Shown: positions 27,860 through 40,750, counted from the stretch's first letter. The stretch is DNA of 64,000 nucleotides from Raillietiella orientalis (GCA_036172245.1 JAYWIR010000010.1:1736001-1800000); one strand, 5' to 3'. A program made the numbers and translations. Notes: generated from the letters alone by a model not told the origin.

Positions 27860-28537
27860 GAGGGACCTCCTCCTACAGACCATATCCCTTTCCAAAAGCA
27901 TGCAGAGCGGAAGAACCCAGGAGGGGGAACGCACCGATGTCACGCTGACCCTCCTAGTAACGGGCTGGGACTGTTTCTAGGAGGAGGGGGGGAGGTGGGA
28001 AGAGAGATAAATCTTTTCCGAGAGCGACCACATTGGAGACAAAATGGGGCCCAATCTCTTCAGTGGTCAGGCTCGTGTGCTTCTCTGGTGAGAAGTGCGC
28101 CAGCGAGTACCATAGTGCCCTGACATTTCGCAGACCCTGCGTCCTTCCATCACATTCACATCCGCCTCTCTGGATCTCGCTCGCTTGCCTCCCTTCTCTC
28201 CCACGTCCTCCGCCGCACATTCTCAACAGAATGCGTTCACCAGAACCCTCCCCTTTTCCCCCTTCCTACCCCCCAAAAAAATGACAAAAAGAAAAGATGA
28301 GAAAAGCAGCTACGGATGATGACGACAGTTTCGCGAAAGAACTTTTTTGTTCCGCTCTTCTACTCCTTCAGCCCTTCAGCTCAGCTTCTCTTTCTCTGTC
28401 TGCCCTTAGGGGGATCACGGCATCTGTTTATCGGGAACCACCACACGGACAACAAGGGTCAACCCAGGGAGTCCACTCTACACGGAGCAGAGGACTGTCT
28501 GCCATCTTCTCCGAACGCTACGCTACCCGGGCCCTGG

Positions 28538-28568
<31 letters not shown>

Positions 28569-29965
28569 GAGCGCGCGCAGCACGCTGGGCGGCGCCTCTG
28601 GGATGCGGAAAAGATGCTCCCGGAAAGGGAAGAGGAGTTCAGGGCGTTGAACGCACAAAACGAATGTGTGGACTTGTGCGCGCATGCGCGTTGGCACACA
28701 CGAAAGAAGCACATCAGATCGAAGCCGAGGATGCAGCGAGGCGAGATGCATACCGCCTCCCTGGACCATTTTCCCTCACGAAACGCGCCGTACACGGGGA
28801 TACGTATTTCCCAATCGGCTCCCGGTGTGCAGCTGCGAGCTTGCAAATCTCTGGGCGCGGGAATGAGCAGAGAAGCGCGGCTCGCAGCATAGCAGAAGAC
28901 CAAAAGAACGGTCAAAGGCGCGCGTCCTGGCCTCTCCTTTTTGCCCTCGTTTCTGTGGGAGGGGGGCACCTGCAAGCGTGTTTCCTCGTTGAGCACGAGC
29001 CTCCCGTGTGCGCAAGCGCGGAGTCGCGACGGCGCATAGTTCTGACGCATGCGCTGCCGCACACCCACTCTCATGATGCTGAACACGTGTTCGGATTCTG
29101 CTGGAGCGGATGCATGCGTACGCAGATCGTACCGTGCGCCTCACCGTAAGGGCACTGTGATCCCACTGGGGGGGGGGCACACCGCGACGACCCTATGGGC
29201 CGCGCGCCAAAAAACGTCGAAAACGTTGCTCACGACGTCACCTTCGTATCCTGTGGTATGGGGGTGCTGCTGGCATGCCGCGCGGCGTCTTCCAGAGCAC
29301 CTTCTGCAGAGTCAAAGCATGCGGAGCGTCTCAGGGGCGTCGCGAGCGTGGCTGCAGGCGATACACGCTCGTGCGCGTGCTCTTTCCCCAGCCACCAGCT
29401 TCCGTGTCCTGCCGTGCTCGCTGCACAGGTCTCCAGGCAACCGGACTCCACGCATCCTGTTGGGCAACAGCGAGCCAGGCTGACACGCGCCTCAGACCGC
29501 CCTTCCCCTCCCCTTCCCTCCGATAGAAGGCTGCAGCGGCAGCCGGGATTCCTTCGAAAGCGGCTTGCTGCCTCGGGCTGAACGTTATATAGTTCCTGAC
29601 CCTCTCGACCGTACCCCAAGGGGACGGTTCGGAAAGCAGAAGCGGCACTGCTTTCGTTCGTCGTTCCCGCTTTTGCCTGCGACCACACGCGGAGGCATCA
29701 CAAATTGGACTCACGCGGCCTAGGGAAAGGGAGGAGCACAAGGGAAGGAAATGTGGGAGCGTCTCTGGACTGGGGTGCAACGGTCCTTCCTACTAGCTCA
29801 GTTTCTCCCTTCCCACTCCTGGGACATGCGGTGGAAGGACCCAGGAGGGAAGGAGGCTCCGGAGTCACGCTGAACCTCCTAGCGGAATGGGTCGGGGGAC
29901 ACGTCGGAGATAAGGTGAGAATGGAAGTGAGGGCGAGAGATAAATCTTTTCCGGGAGCGACCACA
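27860..29965 (+). repeat. Diverged direct duplication: ~27860-28032 and ~29780-29965
   Basis: Three colinear shared blocks: GGAAG(A/G)ACCCAGGAGGG (27909/29833), GTCACGCTGA(C/A)CCTCCTAG (27939/29864) and GAGAGATAAATCTTTTCCG(A/G)GAGCGACCACA (28002/29935). Confidence 0.85.
28540..28565. repeat. (CT)n microsatellite
   Basis: Direct reading. Confidence 0.92.
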
Positions 29966-31657
29966 GGCAAGATCCTTCCTGCATTGCCTCCCCACAAAAG
30001 TCACCCAGGCACGAGAGATCAGAAGCCGGTAGGAGACCTCTCTTACCTTGCACGAAATGGAGCGCCTCTTCTGACTGCGTCATGCTGCAGACTTCCATGG
30101 GAGCAGCTGCTGCACCGTGCCGGCGGGCGGCGACGAGACGCCTCGAGTGATGACTGCTGCGAGCGGGTGCTCCCACGCACGCCGGCGCGTGGCTGCCGGC
30201 TGACAGAGGAGGAGGAGGGAGCTGCAGCCTGACCGCCCGCTCTCGGGGACGAGCCCGCCCGCTCGCCTCCCTCTTGTCTGCTTTCCCCTCCCCCTCATCC
30301 TTCCCTCATCCTCATCCTCCTCTTCATCATCATCCTCATCTCCTCCTTCTCTTCCCCTTCCTCCTGCTTTTTTCCTTCCCACCTCTTTCGCTCCACCTTT
30401 CCCCCCTCATCCTCCATGTTCTCCTGCTTTTTCTTTTTCCTCTTCCTATCCCTGCAGCTTTTCCCGCAGGCCACCAACTGCCTGCGGCGACAGCAGAGGC
30501 GGTTCTCTTCTTTCTCCCTCTTGCTTTCCCTTCCCCCAGGGGAGGAGACGGAAGGTTACCCTGGAGCTGCCTGGAGTGGGTGCCGCGTCTCCTAGCAATA
30601 CTGGCGAACTTGGCGAGGAGGCAGTGGGGAGCACTGGGGCTGTCGTGCTCCCGCAGCAGCACCAGAGTCTGTCTCTCGACCCCTTCTCCTTCGCTTCTTC
30701 CTCTCGCAAGCCGCGGAGCGCCCAACCTCTTTTGGAGGACCCGGGAAGGAGAATGAGGAAGTTGCCCTGCGCAGCCTTCCCTTTCTCTTCCCGGAGGAAT
30801 TCCGCCTTCTTCCCATAAACACTCGATATATGTGGGGAGGTCTCCGTTGCCATCTCCCTTCCGGGCACCCACCTCCTCCAGAAGGGGGAACGGAGACGGG
30901 CCCACGGTGGAAGCCAGAATTCCACATTAAACCGCGCGTTTTCCAGAAAGTTCGAGCGAGCGCAGGAGGTAACCACTCCCGGCCCTCCTTCCGGTCGGAC
31001 TCCATCGGCCGGGTTCAGGACGCACCTAGAAAAACCTCGAAGGGCAACGTAGAGGGTAGGCGGAAACGGGGTGAGGTAGTCATCGCGGGCTACCACAGCT
31101 GCAGGAGCACTCCCGGTCCTCTGTTCCAGAGGATCGGGAGCCTGGTGCCGAGGCAACCCGCTGCTCCCTATTCCGACCCCCCTTCCTCCTTGCGCAAGGG
31201 AGAATCTTCTACTGTCGGCACTTACAGACCTGTTCCGGCAGAAGCAGCACGAATGGATCACTTAGGGGCTCCCCTCCTACTGAAGCCTCCGTTGCCCTGG
31301 AAACGGGAGCGAAGCTGTTCCCACTCCACAGCCGCCGCTCAGAAAGAGGGAAAAATCCTTCTGAGGTGAAGGAGTGCGTCGCAGCGTCGACCGAGGAGTC
31401 GAGGATCTTTTCCAGTTCCTTGCCCCTCCCCCTCCCTCCTCTCGCGAGGGGAGCCGCAGCCGCCACCGAAACCCCTCCAGGAAGAGTCGGAAAGAAGAGG
31501 AGGCAGAAGGAAGCACCTGCTGCTGCTGCTCCAATTATCTCCCCTCGACCCTGGCATGTGCGACCTGGATTGTTCCCGACCCCGGTCGAATCTTTCCCCG
31601 CACTCCAGGAACGTTGCTCTCTCCCAATCTTCCCTTCCTCCTCCTCCTCTCCTCTTT

Positions 31658-32675
31658 CGTCTCCTTACCTCTGCAACCACCTCCTTCTCGCGAGCTCTTC
31701 GCGCGCAGCATTTCCCCCTCCTTCCTGAACAGGGAAAAGGAACGGCTGTGGGGAAAAGCAACGAGGAAAAGGAATTCTCCTGCTTCCTTCCTGCAGACGG
31801 ATGCCGATACTTCGAGGTATGCCATCTTCTCCTCCCCCCTGCCCTCCCCCTTCTATTTTTTTTTTTTTGTGCTCCCGTCCCGAACGCAAATGTGTGACGC
31901 AAACTGTCGTGTCAGGGACACATGGGTGGGTGGAGGAGATGCCAGACTGCGCGAACAGGTTGCGCGCTGCTGCTGCGCAAGAGCACAAGGAGGCGGTCCG
32001 TCCTTCCGCCCGGAGGAAGTTGCCTTTTCCGTGCCACCATCGCCACCGAATCCTTCCTTTTCTTCCTTCGCCCCGCTCCAGACGCGCCATGCGGAGCTGC
32101 GCGCGCATTCTGGGACCTCGCGTGGGCGGAACATAGCAAGAGATGTAGAGGCGGCGCTCTTTTCCAAGGGTCATGGTGGGAGAGGACGCCTCCTGGGACT
32201 TAGGGAATTAGGATTTAGAGCTCCGCACGGCGCGGAAGGATTTCCCACGTCTGGAGCGGGGCGAAGGAAGAAAAGGAAGGATTCGGTGGCGATGGTGGCA
32301 CGGAAAAGGCAACTTCCTCCGGGCGGAAGGACGGACCGCCTCCTTGTGCTCTTGCGCAGCAGCAGCGCGCAACCTGTTCGCGCAGTCTGGCATCTCCTCC
32401 ACCCACCCATGTGTCCCTGACACGACAGTTTGCGTCACACATTTGCGTTCGGGACGGGAGCACAAAAAAAAAAAAAATAGAAGGGGGAGGGCAGGGGGGA
32501 GGAGAAGATGGCATACCTCGAAGTATCGGCATCCGTCTGCAGGAAGGAAGCAGGAGAATTCCTTTTCCTCGTTGCTTTTCCCCACAGCCGTTCCTTTTCC
32601 CTGTTCAGGAAGGAGGGGGAAATGCTGCGCGCGAAGAGCTCGCGAGAAGGAGGTGGTTGCAGAGGTAAGGAGACG
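31658..32675. repeat. Inverted repeat: arms 31658-32084 and 32248-32675, 163 bp spacer
   Basis: The arms are reverse complements, differing visibly only in poly-T/poly-A tract length; mirrored ORFs appear in the track (31922+/32171-, 31801+/32215-). Confidence 0.96.
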
Positions 32676-35600
32676 TCATGGTGATCTACCCGTTCTGAAA
32701 CGGCTGCTCCGTGTTTTTTTGCTGAAGGGGGAGGGCATCTGCCACTCCCTTTTTGCGACGCGAGATAAGAAGCATTTCCCTCCCACACGGAATCGCCAAT
32801 GGTGCAGCGGTCAGCCGCATGATTTTTCCCCCATTCTCTCTCTCCCTCTCTCTCCCCGTCTCGAAGATAAGACCTCACATGACCGTCTCTGAAGGCGGCA
32901 GCGGAGGTCTCAGGATGTTAAAGAGGAAGAAACGCTTTGCCATTGCCAGGCAACGGGTCTGCCGCTGCTGCATCGCTGCGGACTCACCTTTGACCCTCCA
33001 GCACCAAAAAGACTCTGGTTGGTGATCTAGAAAGACGGAGGGAGGACACCTCTGCCTCCCTACCTCCTTGTCAGCTACGCAAATCATCCCTCTACCCCCT
33101 CCCCATCTAAGCGTCCAGGAGCGAGATAAGCGATCTGCAACGTGACTGAGTACCTGCGTCATGGTGCATCCGTCCTCAGACTCCGTGGCAACCGGGACGA
33201 CGCGTCCCAGTCATTCGAGAGAGATAAACAGTTATCTGCCAGAAGGTGTTTGCACGAGTACCGAGATAGCGCGCGCCTTTCTCCCGGCTCGCTCGCTCCT
33301 CACCCTCCTCTCTCTCCCCCCATGGACCTTGCGTGGTGTTGCACGTGCTCGTCCGCTCCGCGGAGGTCAGGAGACCGAGGGAGCGCTCGGGGGTGGAGAC
33401 GTAGCGGCGGCAGGCATCATCGCCAACTCACGAGGTCCCTCCTTGCCGTCTCCCGGGCAATGCGGATGATCGTCGCGAGCTCCCCCTGTCTCATGCATGT
33501 GGCCACGGGAAGAACGGGGGCTCTGAGACGCCCTCCCGGAAGTGTCCCCTAGTGAGAGGAGGGGTGGGGTAGAGATAGGGGTGAAGTTACGACTTTCTGA
33601 CCCCACGATACCCAGAGGCCGATTCAGGGGAGCAGGCAGGAAGAGGAGGCTAGTGCAGTCGGAAGGGAGAGCTGACGGACAGGTGAACACCCTATCTAAG
33701 GGGTTTGCACAGAGGATGCACCCCTCAGAGGGCTCCACCTGGGGAACGGAAGCGGCTGCCTCTTCTTCGTCCGGGGCCCGTGGGATGTGGGTCGCCTCTC
33801 AGGGAGATGCACCCTTTCTTTGCCTTCCGAGAAAGGCGTCTCTCCCCCCCCCCTCCTCTGATCCCTGCCCTCCCTCTCCTCCGTTGTCTTCCCGGCGTGG
33901 CTTCCTTCCCACATCTCTTTTCAGCTCGGGACGAGGCGGAGTTTTCCGACCGGAGAACGGGACTCTCCTGTTCTCTTCCTTTCTTCCTGTTTCTCTATTC
34001 GATAAAGGCGTTCCTCCTTCCCTCCAGGAAAAAAGAAGCAGGAAGAATGGAGAAAGAATCGTGGCAATAGCCCCCTCCTCTTTCTTTTCCCGTTCCCAGC
34101 CGCCTGTCCCTCTGTAGAAGGTGAGGACATCGTGGCTGAAAGTCGCGAGGACTCACGACCACTCCCTTTGCCACCCTTCCCTGAGCAGAGTCTCCCAAGG
34201 AGCGAAGGAGCGCCTCTCCTCTCTCCTTGAGGCGAAAGGCACCGTGTTCCTGCCTTTCTCCCCTTCCCGCTCTCGTCTCCTCCCCCGGGGCTGAGGCTCC
34301 CGAAACGATCCCGTCCTCTTCTCAGGGGCAGGCGGATGTTGGGATCATCGTCGCATTTCCTTTCTGTTTCTCCTCTTCCCTGCACATTTTTTCTCCGCCG
34401 GGCCCCCTCCGAGTCGCCTCTCGGGGGGCCGCTTTGGCCTCCATCCGGCTGCAACGGTGCCACCAAATAGCTCGCCCGTGGCGCTGCTGCAGGGATGGCC
34501 AGAAGACAGCGGAGGCGTCCGTGTGTGCGTCGTCTACCTCTTCCCTCCTTCCAGCCGTGTCTCGGCGCGGAAGGCTGCGGGTGGGAATCGACCTCCTACT
34601 CTTACATCCCTTTTCGTACGCCTTTACCCCTTCTTTGCTCCTTCCATCGCCGCCACCTCCTCTGTCGCCTTGGGAACCCTGGGTCTGATGAACCTTGCAG
34701 TGTGCTGACTCTGCCCTGCACCCCCGCTCCCCGGGTCCACCCGGGACGCGAGATCAACGCTTCCAAAGGCCGCGCGAGCTCCAGCATAGAAGCAGGAGCA
34801 ACAGAGCGAGGGAGTAGGGAGTCGGAACGGGGACGTCCACGCGGGGTTTTCCTAGAGCTGTAACTCCCCGCCTACTCCTGCTTCCTCCCACTCTCGCGCC
34901 GCTGTCCAACAGGCTTCCCCACAGCGGCGCATCCCGTTTCCAGGCGGCTTCCTGAGACGTCGAGCTGCCTCGTTCGCTCCTCCTGCCAGTTCCTGAAGCG
35001 AGCCGTGAGCGCGCGTGCGGAAAGCGGCGGACGGGAATGGACGGAGGGAGAGAAAGGGCGGAGGGGGAGCGAGGAGGAGGAGCCGATCGCTGCTGGCTGG
35101 GATTGGTCACGCGCGCAAAACCCTTCCGGGAAAAATCCCCCGGATACTCCTGCAGGCAGGGGAATCTCACGCAGTCCGGAGCAGTCCGGAGCCGCTAGAC
35201 GGAGGCGCAGGAGTTGCTAAGTGACCTTCCGCCACTAGGGAGGACCGCCGTCTCTAGAAAACCGGCGGGAGCGAGCAGACTTGCCCTGCCACGCCGCAAC
35301 TCTCCATCTCCGGTCCTCTTCGGGGTGCATCCCAGGAGACTAGGAACGCGTCCGTCAACCGCTCGTCCTCCGTCCGTGGAAAATGCTCCTCCTTCGGGAT
35401 CTCGTGATCCAGAAGGAGGAGCAGAAGAGGACGAGGGAACCTTAGACACTCAGGTTTCTCTCTTCCTTTTTCCCTTCCTCCCTTCTCCTCTTAACCCTTC
35501 ATAGAGCATGTCATAAGGAACTTTCTCCTGTGCTTGTGGATTCAGGTGAGATGGTCCTGTCAGCTTCCTGTTACCATGGTCGCGAAAGTGACCGCGTATC

Positions 35601-38429
35601 TCTACGGGTTCCCTCTTTGCACAGCCACATACGTCTAAACAGTGGTGCAGAGCAAGCGCCAGGTGCTTCCATCCAAGACGGAAGAGGGGGGGGAAAGGGA
35701 ACATTCCTTGGTCCATCCTGCGCTCGTCGCACAGAACAAGCGCAGGGTGGTGCGCAATGCACATCGCCGTGTGTCTCTTGTTGAGGAGGAGAGGCAGGGA
35801 TGAGGAGCGGCATGCACGATGGAAAGTAGGAACACCGGCTCGTCTTTCGGAGCCCACTACAGGACTGCCCTCCGGAATGGTGCCTTCATCCGCGCGCGCC
35901 CACGAAGTCGTGACGCAAGTCAGTCAACCAGCTAGCTGGGTGGCCTCCACCATGGAATTTCGGCGCTCCACAAGTCTCGTACCCGACCTTTCTCCCTGCC
36001 GGTCGAAAGAGGCGGCCTCTTCATCTCCTCAGGGAGCGCATTGCGGCGGGCTGGTCAGGCACGTTTCCAATGGTCCCTGAAGAACCAGCGGACCAAGTGA
36101 CCTGACCAGGTGGTTGAAGAGGGTCGAAGGGTTTCCAGTCGGGTCCCCACTCCCCACCCCCCAATGGTGTCTTTGTGCCTCCTGTCGTTCAAGCATCCAG
36201 GTTTTGTGGAGTGGATGGGGATCCATCAACCTTTCTTCTATGCGAGGCTACCTGTCTTCGGGAATTAAGTGCTGAGGCACGTTGAGTTGATCCCGCCACG
36301 GGGTTGTATGGAAGCCAATCCAAATCGCTCCACCTCTTCTTTGGACCCTCTGCACCCCGATGCGTAAGCCTCAAACGACGTCGATTCGACCTCCGAAGGA
36401 GAAGGAGAGGAAGGAAAGACTGAGAGAGGGAAACCAAGGAAACCGAAAACTTGAAGAAATTTTCCCCCTCTGTCTCCGATCCTCCCTTTCAGCATCCGTT
36501 GCTGTGATTCTCGACGGCATTATTTTCATGCTGCTTTCCTGCCCCGTTTGCGCCCTCCCCCCTGATCTCCCCCGCGTATGCTCATCTCTTCGTTCCAGAG
36601 CCTCCAGGAGAGCTCGGTTGCTCCTGAGGAAAGGCTTTGGATATCCTTCACTCCTGTTTCCTGTTTATCTTCCGACTGTTCCCCTCGGGAAAGTTCAAGT
36701 TTCCTCACCAAGTGCATCTCAAGGGCACCGGCAGTTTCCCTCTCTCCTGTGACTCCATCCTCTCACGGAAGCTCTCTTCCCCCCCCCTCCTCCGGAGATT
36801 CACGGGACCTCTCTCGGTCGAAACGAGGTCGTTTGAGGTTCGTGCATGGGGGTGCAGAGGATCAGAGGATCCAAAGGGGAGGCGTACATGGGCACGCCGT
36901 CTCCACCCCCGTCCGTGGATTCAGCTGATCTGACATGGGGGAATGTCTCCCATCTTGTGAGAGTGAACTTGTGAGGAGGCCACTCCTAGCCAGCCGCGTC
37001 AGCGACCCACCCGGAGTTACTCGACGCTCCTCTTGCGCGCATCTGCATCCGAGATGCCTCCTCCATCCCATCCAGTACTCCCTTTCCATGCTGCGGAGAA
37101 GGGCCGGTACCTCCATTCCTCTGGATCGTCTCGAACCTTCGATGCTCCTCGAATTTCATGCTCGAGACTCCCCGCTCACGGTGCGCGGAACCCACATCTG
37201 CCAACCACCGAACGGCACCGCAGCCCCGGAGGGAAGTTCCGATTCTCTCTTTAGCTGAGAAATTTGTCGAGCTCCGCCGTCCTTTTTGCTGCATCCAAGG
37301 TGACGCTCGTGCTGACGGCCTCACGCGCTCCGGAGATCACTGGATCCACATTGACGTCACGACCGGCAAGGGTCTCCCACAGTTCGACCTCCGAACTCGA
37401 GCAGGTCAACTCGCAGCAGCCCGGCTGTCCCCGGTCGGCCGTGACACGCGCGCGCACGTCCGAGAAGCTGTGTAGTGCGACCACGTCCTCTCGTGTAGTG
37501 CCGTGCCTCGAAAGAAGATGACCGTCTGTTCTTCATCCTCGCACGCGAGGCTTCTCCTCCGATATAGAGACGTAGTCCATCTCGGGCCTAGGTGCCGTCG
37601 CGGTACTACGGATCTCGCCGAGAGTAGTTTTCAACTCTCTGCCTAAGAATGGAGCTCTCCTTCTCCTGTCTAATCATCATCAGAATTCGATCCCTGTGCT
37701 TCTTCCCTGCTTCTCCCCTCGGAACATCGCAAAGTTCAGTTCTTTCCTTTCCTTTCTTCTCCTTCCTTTTCTCCTCCTCCTTCCTCTTCTTCTTCTTCTC
37801 CTTTCCCTGTTCCCTCCTTATGATATCCGATGCATCTTGAAGCCGAAGTATTTCCTGACACATCGGAAAAATGCTCCTCCTTCGCAGATTCCCGTTTCCA
37901 TGCTCACAAGTGATGCGACTCCACCCGCTATCTCGGAAAAGGAGGCTATCTTGGAAACATCTGACCTCTGAAGATGCGCATGGTATGTCGAACACCTCCG
38001 TCGCCACCTCACTGCGAGACGGGGAAAACGAGGTTCCTGAAACAAGCAGCGGGGATGAGCGTGTCCTTGGCAAAGCAGGCAATCCGTTCCGTTTTCGAGC
38101 ACGCCGGCATCCCTCGCCATCTCAGGCGCTCCTTTCGGGAGAGCTGCATCCCCAAACTGTTTAAGCAGTGGGACGATCAAACCGTTCCTGCGTCTGTCGA
38201 TGGACTGTGGTTCGTCCTCTAAGTACCGTGGCGGAGGTTGGCATCGGCGCTCCTGCACCAGGAGGGAACCCTGAAGGACCCGCTGCAGCGATTCTTAGCA
38301 GGCTGCGGGACTCTCGGCAGGCGCGTTGATTTCACACCCGGGTGCACCAGGGCGTTTATCGGATGCAGGGAGCGATGGTGCCAAAAGGTCCACCGATTCC
38401 AATTATTACACCAAAAAAAACAAAGGGGG

Positions 38430-40750
38430 ACGCCGGCGAGGTCCATCGAGTCCACGAAGGGAAAGGGGGATGAAACAAAAATAGAAAGAAAGAAAACAAA
38501 CTATAACAAATAACAAAAACTTCCGACGGTTCTTGAGGTACTTGGCGGGCTCCCCCCAAAAGAAAACCGAAAAAAAAAGTGCTGGTTGAAAACAAAGAAG
38601 ACAGAAAAGAAACCAGAAGGATTTCCATCATCTTTCATCGCTAAGATGAAAGCATCAAGTAAAAAATGAGTGTGAGACTAGCAGGAGAAAGAAAGTGGAA
38701 AAGGACACGCATAGTTGATGGGATCGAAATACGCTCCGATTCTTCACCTCCTTATGAGGTGCGATGACAGCAGGCGATAAGACATTTCCTGCAGAATAAC
38801 ACGGAGTGGTCTATTGGTGCGCGAACTGGACAACGGAAGCATCTAGTGGCTGTGCCCAGAGTCCCTCTGGGTGGTGGGAGGGCACTCCAAAGATTCCCAT
38901 GAATGAACTGGGGGTGTTCATTATTTTTCTGGACAGCTCAGTGCTTCTTTCCCTCTGGTGCTTCTGGTGCCGATATACGGAGATACTCTTCTTGAATTGC
39001 GGTTTTCGACTTTAGACAACTTCCACCACCACTGCCACCTGGTTACTCAACGAGAGGACAAGTTTCAGGCCCCTGAGGGACCAAACAGAGTCCTTCAGTC
39101 GCACCTTAGATCTGAAGGAATTTTCACCAGACCGGCTACTTGACAGCGCGCCCATTAGTCCCTGGAAGAAACAAGAAACAGTGAAAGTAAGAGAGGAGAT
39201 TTTCCACGCCGTGGTTTTCTCGGAAGCAGGAATCTGCTTTCACAAAAGAGGGGCCGGGGCATGTTTCGCCTTCCCCCACAGGCGCAACAGACCTACCGCG
39301 GGGAGAACCGAACTTGGTGCATCCAAGTAAGGGACCCGTCCTCGGAATTCTCAAAGACTGGCTCCAGTCCACATCCAGAAACGAATTGAACTCCACGATC
39401 TACTAACCTGAACTCCAGACCCTCGAGAAGAACGCCTCGACTGCAGCTTTCCTGCTCCTATGCCCTCAAGAGGAGAAGCACGTCGTCGACGTAGGCTGCT
39501 GGAATGTCAGGCGAGTCATTGGGATTGTACGGGACAGGCTGGAATGGACTGGTGCACGTTTAGCACCAGTGCAAAGAACAGGCTCAACAGCACCGCACGC
39601 GAGCTTTCTCACTGTCTGATACCTTTCTTGACTTTTGTGCCTTTGGAGAGCGGGCTGCTTAAAAAGACAAATTGATGCTTTGCGTTCACAGTGAGTTCAG
39701 GTGTTTGAGAAGACTGTATGGAAAGCTGGGTCGTTCCAGTAGCATGCGAAGGATCTCCTGATCGATACAGACGAAAGCCTTTTGGAGGCTGCAACAGTGA
39801 GCACAGCGTTCCCGAGTGGCATCCTGCATGAGACTGCCCTCGAATTTCACGTTCTCTTTGGGAGCTGCTGTTGTGCCCTCTCCTTCCTACGTCCTGAACT
39901 AGGTGTGGGCTTGGAGCAGGTCGGCATCCACGTTTCGAGCCCTGACCGCGTAAGTCTGTTCCGTGCTGATAATGGGCTGTGCCATCTGCCTTATTTTGCG
40001 CCCCACACCTCGGAAAGCAGCTTAAAGTTTGTGTTCGCAACCGTGATGGGACGACAGTTGCGCAGCCAACGTGGACTGAGAGAAGTACTAAAAGGGACGA
40101 AAAGGTGGACGAAAAAAGCTTGGACTGTCTTCTGGATCAGCAGACCTAGTTGAGGGTGCACCAGAACTAATTCAGTGCAAGCATCGTTCCGGAGTTTGAC
40201 CCTCAGGACGGAGCTATGGAACACAAGCTAGTGTCTTCCTTGCCTAGAACTTGCCTCTGTCCTCTTAGGCAACCGAGGGCGCGTGCTGCCACTCGCCTCG
40301 TTCAGTCGAGTTACCTGCCGCTAGAAAAGCACAAATGGGTATCCTGCCGCCTACTGAGCAGTAATTCCCGTCGACAGGAATCAGGCGTACTAGGCGAGGC
40401 GACTGGGAAGTTCAATCCTGTCCAGCGATTGCGCCTTCAACCTTCTGGTAAAAAAAATTCCCTCGGAGAGATTCTGAAGGGTGCTGCTAGCCTGTTGCCT
40501 AGAACTTAGTGAGCGAGACCATCCACATCCAGAAACTATTCTCCATGCGTCACTTCCTGCACTGGCGGGATGAGGACGTGGTAGACAGCCTGGAAGGTAA
40601 CCTGACTGAACGGAGGGCTCACCGAGCCCATAGCTCGATAGAAAACGTCTTAGGTTGCTGATGAAGTCATCCCCAACGCTCAGACCCCTCTGCGGTGGAT
40701 CGATTGGCTCGGAATTCCGCGTGAACATTTCCCAAGCTCGGGCTTCCTGA
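38430..40750 (-). mobile_element. Decayed L1/Tx1-clade element, RT plus C-terminus
   Basis: Minus strand: LRNCRPITVANTNFKLLSEVW (RT domain 1, ~40010-40070), KVKKGIRQ..LSLFFALVL, catalytic AYVDDVLLLL (YVDD at 39482-39493), SKVRLKD (compare RVRLKD in the 56 kb copy), CFRC...DHSVLFC zinc-finger remnant, and a T-rich 3' UTR near 38430-38620. Boundaries approximate. Confidence 0.75.

Larger units (their letters stand above)
1..38400. other. GC/CpG-rich block of decayed, unassigned coding-like sequence with interspersed LINE relics
   Basis: Visibly much higher GC and CpG than 50-64 kb. Many short frames with natural-looking residue composition are broken by stops, frameshifts and homopolymer runs. 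No family could be recognised. The left boundary lies outside the window. Confidence 0.5.

Noticed and set aside
32196..32222. TTAGGG/TTAGG-like words in the inverted-repeat spacer
   Set aside because: Only two or three degenerate, non-tandem units; not a telomeric array.
50..38400. Hundreds of overlapping ORFs (up to 370 aa) in the supplied track
   Set aside because: Expected from high GC content and low-complexity tracts; many start at GTG/TTG, overlap on both strands and lack recognisable domains, so none is called as an intact CDS.
38970..38995. IYGDT, similar to the family B DNA polymerase YGDTDS motif
   Set aside because: Lies antisense within a LINE ORF2 relic and lacks the DS and all other PolB motifs.
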